A stretch of 64,000 nt of DNA from Eledone cirrhosa (Eukaryota), in NCBI GenBank assembly GCA_964016885.1, contig OZ024740.1, forward strand, positions 382,664,001 to 382,728,000. The letters run 5' to 3'. Below are positions 43,601 through 60,138 of the stretch, one piece after another; positions within the stretch are counted from its first letter, which is position 1; every line of letters begins with the position of its first letter. The notes beneath the pieces were generated by a model. It saw nothing but the letters and a program-made list of their open reading frames with translations, ran no database searches and was not told the DNA's origin. A program made the position numbers and the translations under genes.

Positions 43601-45536
43601 GGCATAATGATAATTAAAAATTATGAATGTTTGTGTTGCATTAATTATTTTGTAAGAAGATATCTATTTACAGTTATTTTCGATGTGAACACCTCACTTC
43701 GATTACCCTAGTTTCGGGCAGCAAACAAAGATTATGGACCGAAATATGTCACAGTCAACAAAATGTATGCTCAGTTTAGTAAGGACATGATTGTAACGTG
43801 AACTGTGAAATTAATTTCAGTTTTCAACATTAGAATTAATAAACTACCCTCGTCCATGTCACTAAATTTATACACATGAAATAGTGCAAACTTCTGTCAT
43901 TACCTAGATTTATTCAGTAAAATATTTTATTCATATATTCGACATTAAACCATAAATACATCTACACAGACGCATACACACACATACACATGAATTCACA
44001 TATATACACAGAGACATGTATATGTATAGTGTATATGTATGAGAATGGTGGTGGTTATATAAATTATTTAATTCAAAGTGGTAACATAAGCATTATTATT
44101 AACATATGTCAAGATTACTTTCCATTTCGACACATGAATGAATGTGTGCCAGAAGACATATATCATAGAAAGAGAGAGTGAGTAGAATCTGTATATATAC
44201 GTATATGTATGTAAGTTTAAAAGGTGTGTGTTGTTGGGTATATACGTCTTGTCGCAAACGGGTGTATTAATAGGCAAATTTCATTCCCCGTCATAGCTTT
44301 TTCCTTCCGCTTTAATGAATAACACGTTTTCTAGAAAAACGCTTGTCCTGTCTTTTATCTAAATTCTACTTATCTCATGTTCCATAGGTTACGGAAACTA
44401 ATTCTGTATAGAACCCAAGAAATATTTATGACAATGGTTATTTTTGTGTATAGCAAAGAACAAGCTTTCACACACTTCTCTCTGTCTCTACCATTTACTG
44501 TCTCAACTTGTTTCCAGCTCACTCGTATCTATTTTCTTTGTGTTTGTTGACATGAACATATATATATATATATATATATATCTCCACGCAAACAAACACA
44601 AAAGCATTCAAACAAGTTCACATTTGTGTGTGTGTGTTCGCCATTTATCTTCATAAACGTACACTGTTTCACTATCAATATCATACACGATTTCACTTAC
44701 CAGAAACTCTTCAACACTTATGAATAAATATTCACATGTGTGTGTGTGCATGTAGGTGTGCATGTATAAATGTATGTATGTTTGTATGTTTATACATATG
44801 TAAATATGTATGTATGTATATATGTATTTATGTATGTATGTATGTATGTATGTATGTATGTATTATGTATGTATGTATGTATGTATGTAGGTAGGTAGGT
44901 AGGTAGGTAGGTAGGTAGGTAGGTAGGTAGGTAGGTAGGTAGGTAGTTAGGTATGTATATGTATGTATGTGCGCCAATGCGTCTCTATGTGTCATAGTGC
45001 CTTGGTAGTTTCGATGAAAGAAATATATCTTCTACTGCATAGATATTTGATAATTATATTATATGTAGTTCTACGCACTTCAGGTCATTCTTCGAGAATA
45101 TTGTAGACTCCTTATCATTAATAAATAGTTTCAACCATTCAACATGTCATTCACAGGAATATATATCTGTAGTTAGCCCTGGGGGCATCCAACCATGACA
45201 TAGTCATCTGTCAGTAAATAGATGTGAAAATTGAATTTCATTTAATCTTGTTACAAGTCTGTGATCCTTTCTAGGATCACAAGAGATTATTTACGCAATG
45301 CTGTCATACTTTTCGCTTAAGGCCAGAGATGATAGTTGGGTCGACGTGGGAGACGTAACTTCTATCGCTAGTATAAACGAAAGGAATTCAAGAGCGTAAC
45401 AATAAAGGCTTTAGGATATACACAATAAATAAAAAGTAATGAAAAATCGGTTTAAAGTTACAGATGAGTTGCTTTAGCCTGTCATATATAGATACATGTG
45501 ATTGGAGAATTGTCAACTGGTTGCTTGTATTACATT

Positions 45537-45619
<83 letters not shown>

Positions 45620-48336
45620 ATAATAATATTAATAATAAATTTGAAGACTAAAATCCAAAGAGGGCTCGATAAGGGTAAATGTATATCAAGTATATAAGAA
45701 CCATAGACCAAATATTTATTAAAATAACAGATTAAAGTTTAAGCAAAGAACCGCTACTTTCACCCTTAACGGGATCTTCTGAAACTAAAAAAATCAATCT
45801 GTGAACGCAGAAGTAAATATTTCGAAAAACGTTGCAACCGAAGGAAAACAGGAAGACAATACTTTGGTTCGTGGGGACGTACCTGACAATGAACGGAAAA
45901 AAGCGAGGATAATACGTCATTATTTGGAACGGTGAGAACAATTACACGCAAAGACAAAACCACGTTTATGGTATAAATGAAGTCGTAGACTAATATTCTA
46001 TTCAGGAAATCGAGTGATTCTCGGCTTCAGAGTTAAGAATAATTTAAATAAATTAGAGAGGTTATTGAAATCAACGATAATTAAATATATATATATACGC
46101 ATCCATATATGTACATACACATGCACACGCGAAAACACAAGCACGTACAAAAAAACACGTGCACACACACACAAACCAGCGCAACACCTGTACCCGCACA
46201 CATACAAACGTATACACCAAATACAGATTAAAATATTTATAAGAAAGTAAATAATATGTGCGTATATATACATATAATTATATAAACGTATAGAAATCTA
46301 CACACATAAATACGTATATAACGCATGCACACGCAGGTAAATACACATATGTTCGCTAAACCTACGTAAACAAAAACACAAAGTACACATATACACACCT
46401 ACACACGTGCAAACCCGCATACACACACATAACCAGTATATATAATATATACACCTATAACAAATACAAGAAATTTACGTACCTTCACAAAACATACAGG
46501 TAAGATATACTAACCTATACAAATAAGTAATGGTATAAACATAAAATATACAAGACGTAAATTATCCGCGTATTGTCCTTCTATCCGTTGGGGTATAATG
46601 TGGGGCTGTAATACAGAAAAGTGTTATGCAATTTATGTTTACAAGCCGAATTGCCTCAGATTTTTTGTTTAAGATATGGTCATTGGCGCAGAGTATTTCC
46701 AGGACATCCGCGGCGCAGAGGTCACATGGTCTTTTATTTCTGTTATATGATGTAGCCCTAGGTAGGATCTCCCAGTGTAACCTATATTGAGTGTGGTTGT
46801 CTTTTAGACTCCAGATATAAGCTGAAAGGGACGTCATATTCCTTCTTAAAGAGTTAAGAAAAGAATCGGTGTGCATGTAAAGACGCTGCTTGAATCTATT
46901 GGCGGTTAACCCTATGTAGGCCCTATGGGACGTGGGTGTTTCAATCTTACATTTGTAGACTGGAAAGGCATTTCCCGAATAGGGGGCAGTCAACCCGATT
47001 CCTATAATTACAGTTACTACTAGCTACAGGGTTGCACGTGTACCTACGGCTAGGTAATTTAGCTATATTTGAAGCAATGATGTTATTTGCAAGGTTAGGA
47101 GTCTTAGAGTAAGACATTTTAATGGTATTTCCATTAAACATTTCATTATATTTATGTGCTGGAGGGAAATGCTTCTTAATAAGGGAGAGAAAGATCTTAG
47201 CTAATGGTGTGGCCACTTCCATATTATATGGGGGGTTATACCATATAATGCGTCGGGATCTATTTATCCTAGGTCTATACTCATACTCAGTATATGCGAC
47301 CTTATCGACAAATCCACTCCGAGCAAGAGCTTCATTGTAATATGTGGAATTGTCGGTGAAAATATGCTCGTCTGTAGATAGACGGGGAAGCCTCAAAGAA
47401 ACGTTTCTTACCAGGTTCTTTGTTATGCTGGCAGGATGGTTAGATTGCTTACTTATGTAATTGAGCGTATCATTCGGCTTTCTATACGGGTAGTGAAAGC
47501 CATTCGACAAATTGAGGGTAACGTCGAGGTAATTAACGATCGAGAGGTTGGCCTCAACCTGTATGGATAGGTTGAAGCCTTTAAAGAAGACTGAGTTCTT
47601 TTCTGGACCTGTCGGAGGTGCTTGGACCGCACATTGTCATTGTCAAAAGACCGTCATCGCGGTACAAACCCCCAACCACATTGTGGAATTCTTCCTTGAT
47701 AGAGAAAAGAAGGAAAAGGCCGATAAGATCAGTAACCTTAGCGGAATCGCTTGCGCCCATACTCACGTCGAATATGGTAATATTAGATTTTTTAATCCAA
47801 ATAGAGTCGTCGAACTTAATCAACGACTTACGGGCATTGAATATATCAACTTCGAAATCCTTAACCACCATGAGCGTTTTAGCGAAATTGATAGCTCTAA
47901 CAAGAAGTGGAAAAGTGATGGAGGAGTAGTAATTATTTATGTCGAATTGGATAAAACGGCAATGTTCCTTGTTGCATATACCGTTGAACCAATCAATCAC
48001 CGCGAAAGAATTGTTCCACAGTGCAAGAGGGGTCAAGCTTCTAATTTCAGGTATAATTCTATATAAAATCCTTTTACTAAGTGTACCTAAATCGGACTTT
48101 GTAGGGTTAATATGCCGAATAGAGCGGTTGTTGGGGAAATTGGGTTTGTTCCAAATAATGACGTATTATCTTTGCCTTTTTCCGTTCATTGCCAGGGAAC
48201 GTCTCCACGAACCAAAGTATCGTCCTTCTGTTTTCCTTCGGTTGCAACGTTTTCTGAAACAATTTAGTTTCAGAAGATCCCGTTAAGGGTGAAAGCAGCG
48301 ATTCTTTGCTTAAACTTTAATCTGTTATTTTAAATA
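45620..48336 (-). mobile_element. 5'-truncated diverged copy of the 26-30 kb Naiad-type element, with inverted tail at 48148-48336
   Basis: Frameshifted ORF pieces 46562-48140 (GLYRDDGL, WYNPPY, RAYIGLT, CDLC). pLTR at 45620-46050. Family D hammerheads at 45736-45786 (-) and 48266-48316 (+). Confidence 0.92.
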
Positions 48337-48340
48337 ATTA

Positions 48341-48418
<78 letters not shown>

Positions 48419-48419
48419 G

Positions 48420-48554
<135 letters not shown>

Positions 48555-48565
48555 GTGTGTGTGTG

Positions 48566-48780
48566 TCTGATCGTAGCTATGATGCTTCCATAGGCGGTAT
48601 GCCGGTTGAGCACTCTATGTTCTTACAGAGCAGAGTGTGATATAATATAAAACGAAAAATCAGTGGTGCATCTAAACTCAATGTATTGTGTGGTACAACT
48701 GTTTCGTCGGTAGACAGCTCGAGACACGATCATTGTACGAATCTGTATGCTTCTGGACCTTCAGGTTCGACGGTCACTTG
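48566..48780. repeat. Dispersed repeat, single-arm relative of the 53.1-53.5 kb palindrome
   Basis: Reverse complement of ~53250-53463. Confidence 0.82.
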
Positions 48781-48996
48781 CAATAATTTTGGATCAAACT
48801 TTCTCACTGGGGTGTTAGCGTCAAAAAACATATTCCTCGTTTGACCTGCTATTGGCTGTTGTATTTCTACGTCATCATAAATTCTGGCCAATAGTTGCTG
48901 TCACACTGACCATAAGCTGTCCTTCCGCCTGGCTCACTTCAATGAATCCCTTCTGGGTTTGGTATTTCACAAGTCCGCTCTCGCACTCACACACAC

Positions 48997-49076
<80 letters not shown>

Positions 49077-49194
49077 ATATATAAATATTTACACATACAC
49101 CAATTAAACAAAAATGACAGTTATATATGTGTTTCGGCAACCATTCATGATGTGGCTCGATGAAAAATTAATAAATTAAATAATCAGAGCAAAA

Positions 49195-49668
49195 TACTAT
49201 AAAGTAAAACATGTCCATAGAATTATTTGATACTATATATACATCATTTCTTCTCCCAATTAGCATAATTAACGACACAAAAAATCAATTAGACCAGGCT
49301 ATAAGATTAAAAGGCACCTATGAAGAAACTGTAAATAAATATACGATAGCAGCGTCTTCGCGGCCAACTGCTATAGGATATCTACCCAACATTTCAACAG
49401 CACGTGGAAATTAATTAAATATACGGTCAACTATACACAATTAGGTATAACATTAAAGTTAGAAATGCTTATATACATACCAGGATTAAATCACTAAATC
49501 CCGACCCATGGGTGTCGTTCTCATTTTGATATATCCTATTAAAGATAAATCTCGAGGTTCGAACTCTTCAAAGGACAGACTCTCTAACTGTGGTTAATTA
49601 TGCTAATTGGGAGAAGAAATGATGTATATATAGTATCAAATAATTCTATGGACATGCTTTACTTTATA

Positions 49669-49671
<3 letters not shown>
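49195..49671 (-). mobile_element. Family H non-coding element with ~78-bp inverted ends and a degenerate hammerhead (49498-49576)
   Basis: 49195-49273 is inverted at 49593-49671. Motif: GTCCT-TTGAAGA-GTTC..GAAC-GACA-CCCATGGG-TC-GGGAT. Confidence 0.75.
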
Positions 49672-49714
<43 letters not shown>

Positions 49715-50447
49715 TCAAATACATACTCACACGCACACAACCATATAAATAACAACATACGCGTCTACAGACGCCTGCCTACATGCCCACGTACATCAGC
49801 TCTCTCACACACACACGCACACGCATACATGCGTACAGACATGCATATGAGTATATCTAACTTATACACAAACACGTGCAGACATATACATAGACACGCA
49901 AATACAAACACGTGTTCGTATATACAGGCACAAAGACAGACTCATTCCTAAACACACATATATATATATACACACACATAAATGTACACACAAACAAGCC
50001 CTTACCCTACATTAGGTGAACGTACACACACACACACACACACACACACTGGCTCACATACACTCAACCAAATACGCGCCTAATATATCTACATGCCCAC
50101 ATACATACATACCTATATCTGTCCGTACTCAGATATGATATACTCACAGAGTCATATAAATCTACACAATGGATCATACAGGGTCATCCATGAAAGGATG
50201 CATCTTGTTATACACATGCACAAATATAAACAATGTAACCAAATACATACATCCATACACATACATGCATGTATACAGACACACATATAAATAAATAAAT
50301 AAGTAAGTAAAAAAAAAAAAAAAAAAAAATAAATAAATAAATAAAAAAAATAAATAAAAAAAAAATAAAAAAATAAAAAAATAAAAAATAAATAAATATA
50401 TATATATATACACATACGTATATATATATACACACAAACATACACAT

Positions 50448-50488
<41 letters not shown>

Positions 50489-50914
50489 TACCCACACATA
50501 CATATACATCCATAAAAAAAACTACAATATACTTAAATATTCATATAACGTCATACATTAAAAGATGTATCTTGTACTAAACATGCACAAATATAAACAG
50601 TATAATCATATACATCCATCCATACACATTCACATAACGTATACATAAATATCTCTCTACATACATACACATATATATATATACACATACGCATACACAT
50701 ATACACACACATATAAAAAAATAAAATAAATATACAATATATTAAAATATACATTATAACGTCACATATAAAAAAAAAGAGAGAAGAAAGAAGAGACGTG
50801 TCTGTGTATGATATAGTACATATGGGGAGTATGGGATGTACACTTAGGCCTGTATACGGAACAAATAATATGTGTTCCAAAATGGAACACGTGGAGAGTA
50901 TGTATTCTCGATTT

Positions 50915-50957
<43 letters not shown>

Positions 50958-51139
50958 TTTTGCGAAGTTTTGAGATATGAAATCGTGTGTCGAAACAAAT
51001 ATTTTTATACTTGTGGAGGGTCATATTTGTGTAATAATATTGCCTGAATTAATAACAGAACATACTCACTGTTTGGTTGGTTTTCGCTTTTGTGTCCTTT
51101 ATATCGGTTAATTTAATTGATTAGGTCCTCAATGTTACC

Positions 51140-51219
51140 ATTGACTGACCAACGGTCAGACTATATATATGTGTTTGTGTCTATAGTGTATCTGTATTTT
51201 TGACCGTTGGTCAGTCAAT
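51140..51219. repeat. Perfect 19-bp inverted repeat with 42-nt spacer
   Basis: ATTGACTGACCAACGGTCA / TGACCGTTGGTCAGTCAAT. Confidence 0.9.
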
Positions 51220-51291
51220 ATAATATATATATAATATATGAACAAATAATAAAAAATAATAATTTATAGTCCTCCTACTACGATCAATGCC

Positions 51292-51349
<58 letters not shown>

Positions 51350-52071
51350 TGAAAACTCTGGTTTAATTATTATACTTTAGACACTTTAACTATTTAACAA
51401 TAAATTCCTTGATAGTTATAACAGTAAATAATCCACAAACTATACATACGGAAAATGTTGACACTGCTACAAGTAAGTTTGTTAAAGATTACCTTTGTGT
51501 GAATATTGAACAGTATATATTCTTCTTTCGCGGGCCTAGTAAATCCTTTAAATTTGTTTTCATAAATTTATTTTCATAAAACTTTGAATTTTAGAAATTT
51601 AACACATTTATAAAATTTATTAAATTTATAAAATTAATACAAATAACCATCTATTTTAAAACCTAAAATTTAGATTCTTTACCCTAAAATAACATAAATT
51701 AAATATTTTGAAATTTAAGTCCCAAAGCTATACATGTTTATATGTGTCCGATGAAAATTTGTGCATAAATTACTCCCCTTTATCTATCCCTCTCTTTAAT
51801 TATCTAACAGTTGCATTCTCGAGCTAAAAACTAAAAAAAATATAACTCCAGATACGTCAACCTCTATAGTCCTACAGTAGTATTCCAAACTTTAAAAACT
51901 CTATAACTGTTACATCAAAGCAGTGTTTTTCTTACTCACACCCTATCCATTGATTCTATTACGTTTTCGCATATTCTCATTATTAGGGTATAAATATTGA
52001 GTTGTCTCATAACTTAAATACTACCTTGATTAAATCTTAACCATCTAACATGTCAGGGTATGTCATGTATC

Positions 52072-52142
52072 ATTTTATTTCAACTGATGAGGACGTACTG
52101 TTGAACTTGATTCAAGTACCTCTGAAATATGTATAATAAAAT
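52072..52142 (+). ncRNA. Type I hammerhead (family B-related), extended stem II
   Basis: CTGATGA-GGACGTAC.TTGAA..TTCAA.GTACCTCT-GAAA-TATGTA-TA-ATAAAAT; stem I is interrupted next to the core. Confidence 0.55.
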
Positions 52143-52287
52143 TTAATTGATCACAAGAATATCTATTTTGTTAATATTTGAATTAATATTAATAACTCCG
52201 GGAATTTTTATTTTTTTTTACTGCAGCGTGCTTCCAATCTACTGTAAAACTCATTCTTTGATGTACTCATTGAATCTTGTTTAACTC

Positions 52288-52361
<74 letters not shown>

Positions 52362-52540
52362 TTAATATAGAAATGGGTTCTATAGGACTAGATCTGTTTC
52401 ATTCGAAGGAAATCATCAGGAAAGCCCTGATTTCTGAATTAAATATTGTATATGTTTTGAGTAAAGTAATTTTTTGGTTAACCCCTATTGAACCCGTGAT
52501 ACACACATACATACACAAACACACACACACACACACACAC

Positions 52541-52590
<50 letters not shown>

Positions 52591-52707
52591 CGGCCTGGCC
52601 GCCCAGCCAGTGGGATGGCGTTATCTTATGGCTAAAACAGCACGACGTGCTGTGACCAGCGGCGCCGATTGGCGCCCGACGGACTGGTCGGTGTCAAGGT
52701 GATCAAG

Positions 52708-52776
<69 letters not shown>

Positions 52777-52988
52777 GTGAGGTTTTTTTTACAAAATGAA
52801 AAATAACCGAGGTGTCCTACACGAGTGGAAGTTTAAAGAAAAAGAGTTGAAATCGAAAATGCAACTGGAGTCTTATTTTTTTTAAAAATATATATATTTA
52901 TTTGGTTCCTTTACTGGTTTCGCAGTTTTTCTGCTTTTCAAAAGGTGAGTTGAGATGGAGGGTCTGTGGTTTTTCTCGTGAGAAAAAC

Positions 52989-53463
<475 letters not shown>

Positions 53464-54021
53464 ACACACACACACATATACATATATATATATACGAATG
53501 CTTACAAGCATGCATATGTAAATACATAGGCGCAAAAATATAGACTTACACACTCATGAGTGTATGCATATCTGTCTGTATGTATTTCGACTTGTCTATT
53601 AATCTACCTATATATTACCAGTCTGTCTCTCTGTCTGTATTCGTGCCTGTAAGCCTGCATGACTGTTTTAAAAACTAATACGGAAAACATTCTCAAGTTA
53701 TGGAATGTAAAGAAGTGTCCTCAACAAATCCGGTGTAATTCATCCGTCACAAAATAAATGTGGGTAGCAGTCGTATTAAGAGAGAGAAAGTAATAACAAA
53801 AAAAATATTCCTAAGAAATGGAAGAGGATAAACAAAATAGGGAAATCTCGGGGAAAATATGTGCATTGCAGGAGCAGTTCAAATACATGGATAATTTGAG
53901 GGCTGGTTAGGTAGAATTCGAATTACAATATGCCAGGTAGCCAGGTAATTTTTCAAGTACAAATTAGTATATGTAAGAAAGGAAGTTACGACAGTGAACA
54001 TCCACAAAAAGTGTTCTCAAG

Positions 54022-54077
<56 letters not shown>

Positions 54078-55513
54078 CACGTAAGAAACGGAGAATCAGT
54101 GTTCTGACGAATAAAATTTATTAGACATATTACAATCTTTTCTCTGGCGGTGAGCTCGAGGCACGATCGATGTAAAGATCGAACCTGACTCTGAAATCGC
54201 AAAGTCCTCAGATACGTCTCGATTCTACGTAGCAGAGTTTCCAAATGTCCAGTTACACCCGCGGCCCTCACTCGGCAGCTTAGATCCTGTTGTTATCATT
54301 CTATGAATGGACAAAAATTGTACACGTTATCGGTATTTTTGGCCACTCATGGCCGTCCTATATTTGGTTCCTTTCATTCGCCACCTGTCAATCAAAGTTG
54401 TTTCTTAAATCGGAATTACTACTGTAGGAGGTAAGGGGTTGCATGATTGTACAGCTAGCCCCCTGTTGCCGCCCTCTCAACCTGTCATCGCCCTAACCCA
54501 TGTCCATGTTACGCGCAGGCGTGATACATAAGGGCACTTATACACCCACAGTGATCACGTACACACCCGCAACTGCATTATATGCGACAATCACAGTAGA
54601 TAGTGAATGTGCAGCGAATACTTAGAAAGAATTAAAACAAAATGGAAAAACATTTAACAGAACGTTTCAGAAAAACACCCCCCCCCCAAAAAAAATACCT
54701 TAAAAAACATACATTTCATGAAGAAAAACCCTGTATGAATAACGTTTTTAAAAGAATGCTTCAAATAGCCTTTCAAAAAAGTAAATTCAAAGGTATTTTT
54801 GATAAATATACACATATCTACACACACACACTGTACTCAGGAAAGCATATATAGTTAAGACGCTGCACATATATACAGATGAACAAATGGAAAATCTACA
54901 CATACACTTGCACAAACATGTTCATACAAATACATCCACCCAGACATGCATGTATGCATATGTGCGTGGACATACATACATACATACATACATGGTCATG
55001 CTTATACATCTCAACAAAGCACATACTTGCTGAATATCTACACGTCCACACACACACGCAACTGTGCACATGGCGCAAAAATATCATATGAGACAACATT
55101 CTTAAGGCTTGGACCCAAACCAATCACGTGGCGTATGGAGTCTGAGAGTGCATGCACAATATGCATAAATGTAATAGCTACGTAGCAGTCATGCCATAAT
55201 CACAGATAACATGGGTGGCACCTATTTATAAATAAGTGTACGTACATAAAATAAAATGAAATAAGATAAAATAAAATTTGGAAAAAGGAATGTATACATG
55301 ACAAAGATGCAGAGAGGGTATCTGTTCACGAAACCCGGACATTATAGGGATGTGCATAAAGTTGCATAACAATACTTGAGGACTGTGGAGTATAGGGTTA
55401 TATGAGATACAGAAGGACTGGTGATCCAAGGGACTGTGTAAGAGCCTGCACATCAACCATGCACATGAGACCGGAGGATTCATATATATATGCATACATA
55501 CACACACACACAC

Positions 55514-55574
<61 letters not shown>

Positions 55575-55589
55575 CTGCTTTTTTGAATT

Positions 55590-56240
55590 ATTTGTTTTGT
55601 AAGATTTCTTATCTGAAAACGTCTGTTGAAACACATATTGTTATACTTTGGGAAGGTCATGCCGCCACTGAAAACACACGCACATGTTAGTTTTCACTTC
55701 AATTTATTATGAATTTCCGGTTTGTTGGTTGGTTATATAATGTTAAAGTTCTTTCGTCACACATTATGTGACCTCCTCAGTGACTAGGTTTTTAATTTGT
55801 CTCTGTCACTTGTTCTGCCCTACACAGTCTTGCTTTTGTGTGCTGTGTGTTGTGTACTTAGTCTGCGCAGGCGTTGCATCCGTGTGTGTGTGTGTGTGTG
55901 TATGTCTTCACTTTGTCCTTACTTACTAATTGTGATGGTCCTATTCCACCCATGTTTTCTGTTTAATTTTGTTTGGAGTTCGTATATGTTATTTGCCTCT
56001 GTGATTTGTCTGATCATTGCACCTTTTCTATGTGGGGTTATGACGTTTATCTCTATGATCTCTAATGTGCCCCTATGATCTATTTTGGCATGTTGGTGGA
56101 GTACTCATGAATTTTTCCCATCCTGGAGTTCTCGCCAGTGTTCACCTATCTTTTCCCCTATGCTACCTATGTATGTCATGTTCTTATTCCTACACTGACC
56201 CTCATTACATCTTATGCTATATACTACGTTTTGTTTCTCA
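55590..56240 (-). mobile_element. Diverged copy of the Nematis-like PLE 3' end
   Basis: Minus strand HRKGAMIRQITEANNIYELQTKLN matches the 3.9-kb ORF end. Family A hammerhead at 55741-55785 (CTGAGGA core). Same terminal block as 1641-1775. Confidence 0.8.
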
Positions 56241-56265
56241 CTCTTTATCGTTCTATCTCTTATAT

Positions 56266-56361
56266 TTCTTCCTATATTTTTGATGAAGAACTAGTGTCCG
56301 AAACTTTAACACATTCTTCCTATATTTTTGATGAAGAACTAGTGTCCGAAACTTTAACACA
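56266..56361. repeat. 48-bp tandem duplication
   Basis: TTCTTCCTATATTTTTGATGAAGAACTAGTGTCCGAAACTTTAACACA occurs twice. Confidence 0.92.
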
Positions 56362-56457
56362 CTTCTTCTACACTATCAAACTGTAATGTTTGTTTGGTTT
56401 GGTGTTTCAGTTTACATTTCACAGATACACATGAACGCACACATACACAGACACACA

Positions 56458-56550
<93 letters not shown>

Positions 56551-56715
56551 ATGTATGCGGGTGTATGTGTGTGTGTTCGTGTGTACTATCTTTGGTATTA
56601 GTGAATAATTTTCGCGTACATGAATATTTACGGATATGTTCAGACACAGACAAACACAATCAATCACACTCATATATACATACATATACATACACGCACG
56701 CACGCACACACATAG

Positions 56716-56772
<57 letters not shown>

Positions 56773-57131
56773 TACGTATGTATGTATGTCTGTGTGTTTG
56801 AATATGAACAGACGTATATAGGTATACTTTAGAGAGGGAGAGAGAGAGATTGCATGTATAGCGCGAGGAAAGCATAGAGAACGAGACGAAGAGTATTTCC
56901 TGAATGAAGTATATTTGTTATGTTTACATTCATTTCGACCCTATAGCTTCTAAACTATTTCGAGAACTTGCCTATTCTATTTTGGATCAACAACGTATGT
57001 GCTATAGATAAACATTTTGGAACATTCTCTTTATATGCTTTATGAACAGCAATGTACAATAATTAAGCCCAATCTCTCTTCATTCTCCACCTCTCTCGCT
57101 GTATGTCTCCCCCCCCCCCCCCCCCTCTCTC

Positions 57132-57263
<132 letters not shown>

Positions 57264-57268
57264 CACAC

Positions 57269-57300
<32 letters not shown>

Positions 57301-58322
57301 TTCTGTGTCTATATCTGCATGTGGGTGTATGCATGTGTGTGTGTGTGTGTGTGTGTTTGTACGGTTTATCCTTATTTGTGATGTACATCATACATCTATC
57401 TGTTTTATGTTAAGCTAGACCAGTAGCAAGAAACTACGCCATCAATCATCAATATGAAGTTTAAATTTAACAATGTATTCGAATAATCTTATAAGATAGA
57501 TAGCCTTTAGTTAACTCTTTCTAATTGCAAGTGTCTCAACTAGCGTTTCAGTATTCATATGTCTTAGTCAGTTAAGCATCTGACATATACAGGTAATAAC
57601 TTGGTTAAATTGAAGCGTTTTTATAATAGTCATTGTCCTAAGTTATCGCCGAACATACTGGATGTAACTGAACGAGCTTTAACCAACAGTTACTAAATTG
57701 AAGTAGTTCCACCACTCTTTCCCCAATGTTAAATTAGATGTGACTTGATCATGACATAGATTACTAACAGGAAAACAAAGATATTTTAATTATACGTAAC
57801 ATATTGTAAAGAAGTTCATAGAATTATTTTTTCTAAATAAAGTTACGGTAGTGATATCCGTAATTCATTATCTCTCGTTGTTTTAAACAATAACATAGCT
57901 TTTCCTTTAACAATCCATTCTAAATTACTTGCAATACATATATACCAATATATACAATCAAATTTTCACACAATTTCTATTATTAATCGGTCTTGTGTAA
58001 CAAACCTAGAGCATTAATTCAATTTGCGTTTAATCTTTATTTTCGGCTTGAAGTGCATCTTCTCGGATTTAAGATAAGATAAGAATGGAGCACGGATAAT
58101 AAAATATATGCTCACAATTAAGCGATTGGAAATTTGAAAACAGATCTCAGTTATTAGACTATGGCAGTAACTGCCAGGATTTCCATGTGAACTCTAACAT
58201 AAAATTAATTTAAATTAAAAGAAAAATAAATTATGAGATAAATGGGAATAATTACGGATTAACTAATGACTTGTATTAATTCAAGTGTCATTGGTTTGTT
58301 GATTCCGTATTTTATATATATA

Positions 58323-58416
<94 letters not shown>

Positions 58417-58958
58417 TGCGTGCGTTCGTGTGTGCATGTGTGTGTATGCGTGTGCGTGCGTGTGCGTGTGTGTGTGTATGAGAGTGTATGATGGCTGCAA
58501 CTCGATTTCGAGTAATGCCATCACTTGATACTTAAGCATTTGCATCAAAGACGTGGCTTTTCAATACTGCTAGGGACTTGTCTATGCCAACAAAGCCATG
58601 CACCTTTGTCTGTGCTTTAAGATTTTATAAGTGAGGAAAGGCTTTGCCCGAGGTCAATCATCCTCCTTGAACACCAATGCAATTACCCACAAAGTAGAAC
58701 TGATTTACATCATTGGATGCTAACGAAATCGCAGGATTTATATCTGAGTGACCTTCTCCAAAAGAGAGGATTTAATGAAGTCTAGTAGTATCTCGCCCCA
58801 CAAAAAATAAATTATTGGATGGCCGTTGACAAACCGAAGTTGTCATGCATACAGAATGTGTTCCTGGATTCTTAGAACTTTATAATCTAGGGATATTCTT
58901 ATTATTATCTTTTCTTCCCTTTGCCTGGTAAAGCAACACTTTGGGGATTGGAATGGTT

Positions 58959-59200
58959 TCAACGTATTATGGCTCTGGGTTGGAACGAATAAAAATCATA
59001 GATCGGATTGGTGCCATGCGAGGAAGATTTGAAAATTTCACTTTCGCTGCTCAAAAAAGTATTTCTCTTAAGTGAGTTGTTCAGCGTAAACTCCGATTCT
59101 CCATCACAGAGTCCGCATCTCATGGTTCCAAAGCAATAGGGTTTGCTCATTTACGCAACTTCTCTTCCATTAGCGCATCATGCTATCTTGTCCTCACATG
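58959..59200 (-). pseudogene. Old Naiad-type endonuclease C-terminal remnant
   Basis: SKPYCFGTMRCGLCDGE...FLSSESEIFKSSSH parallels the Y...CxLCxxE...LNxxSE...CxH end of the other copies. Confidence 0.5.
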
Positions 59201-60016
59201 AAATAGAATATTATAAAAGTTGAAATAAATCAGGAATCAAATACAAAAATATATAGCTGGCAATCCTTGATCCTTGGGGTCCATTAGAAAAACTTAACCT
59301 TACCACTATGAGCACAACAGGATTTGTATGAAGAAGAATGATTTCATCAATATTATTCATACGATGCAGTAATTTTCATTAAAATCCCCTCAAGTTATAC
59401 ATAATTGGAAAGTTTTGTTAAGTATCTTAAGAGTGCTCCAGATGTATGTAATATTAAACATTGTACATTCTTTTAAGCTAGGACGGGAAATCAATCAGTA
59501 TTCTAGGAGAGGTAGGCAAGACTGAAAGAAAGTATTACGAATAAAAATGAAGTAGATTAGAGAGAAAGAGAGAGAGAGAGCAGTGTATCCAAGAGTTCCC
59601 TACTTAGGATGTGATATAGACTTCTTAGAAGCCAACTCAATAATGATAGTAAAGTAATTGTTAATTTGTTATTGCCATTCTAAGAGATTCATCTAATCTT
59701 CTATTTCACCATCTTCTAGCCTGACTGGTGGGTATCTGTTGTATACCTTACTCAGATACATAAACACATACGTGAACACAAACGCATATATACCCGCACA
59801 CACACGTACACATGTGTTAGTGTTATATTGAAGATGCGTTGTTTCCTGTGTGGAGTGTTCCAGTTGAAAGAAAACTGAATAGTCTGCTCGGGAAATTAAC
59901 GTACATTTTGCTGAGCATTCCACAGACACGAGCACACTTACCGTAATTCAGACTGTGATTCAGTTTGATACCAGTATGTTAAAAATCTAGCTTTATGTAT
60001 TACATGTAAAACTAAA

Positions 60017-60138
<122 letters not shown>

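Noticed and set aside
52373-52497. Hammerhead on minus strand within a short inverted repeat
   Set aside because: Core and GUC site are present, but no stem I adjoins the core; treated only as a remnant.
59693-59935. Possible host exon
   Set aside because: No recognisable domain and no convincing splice context; cannot be supported without transcript data.
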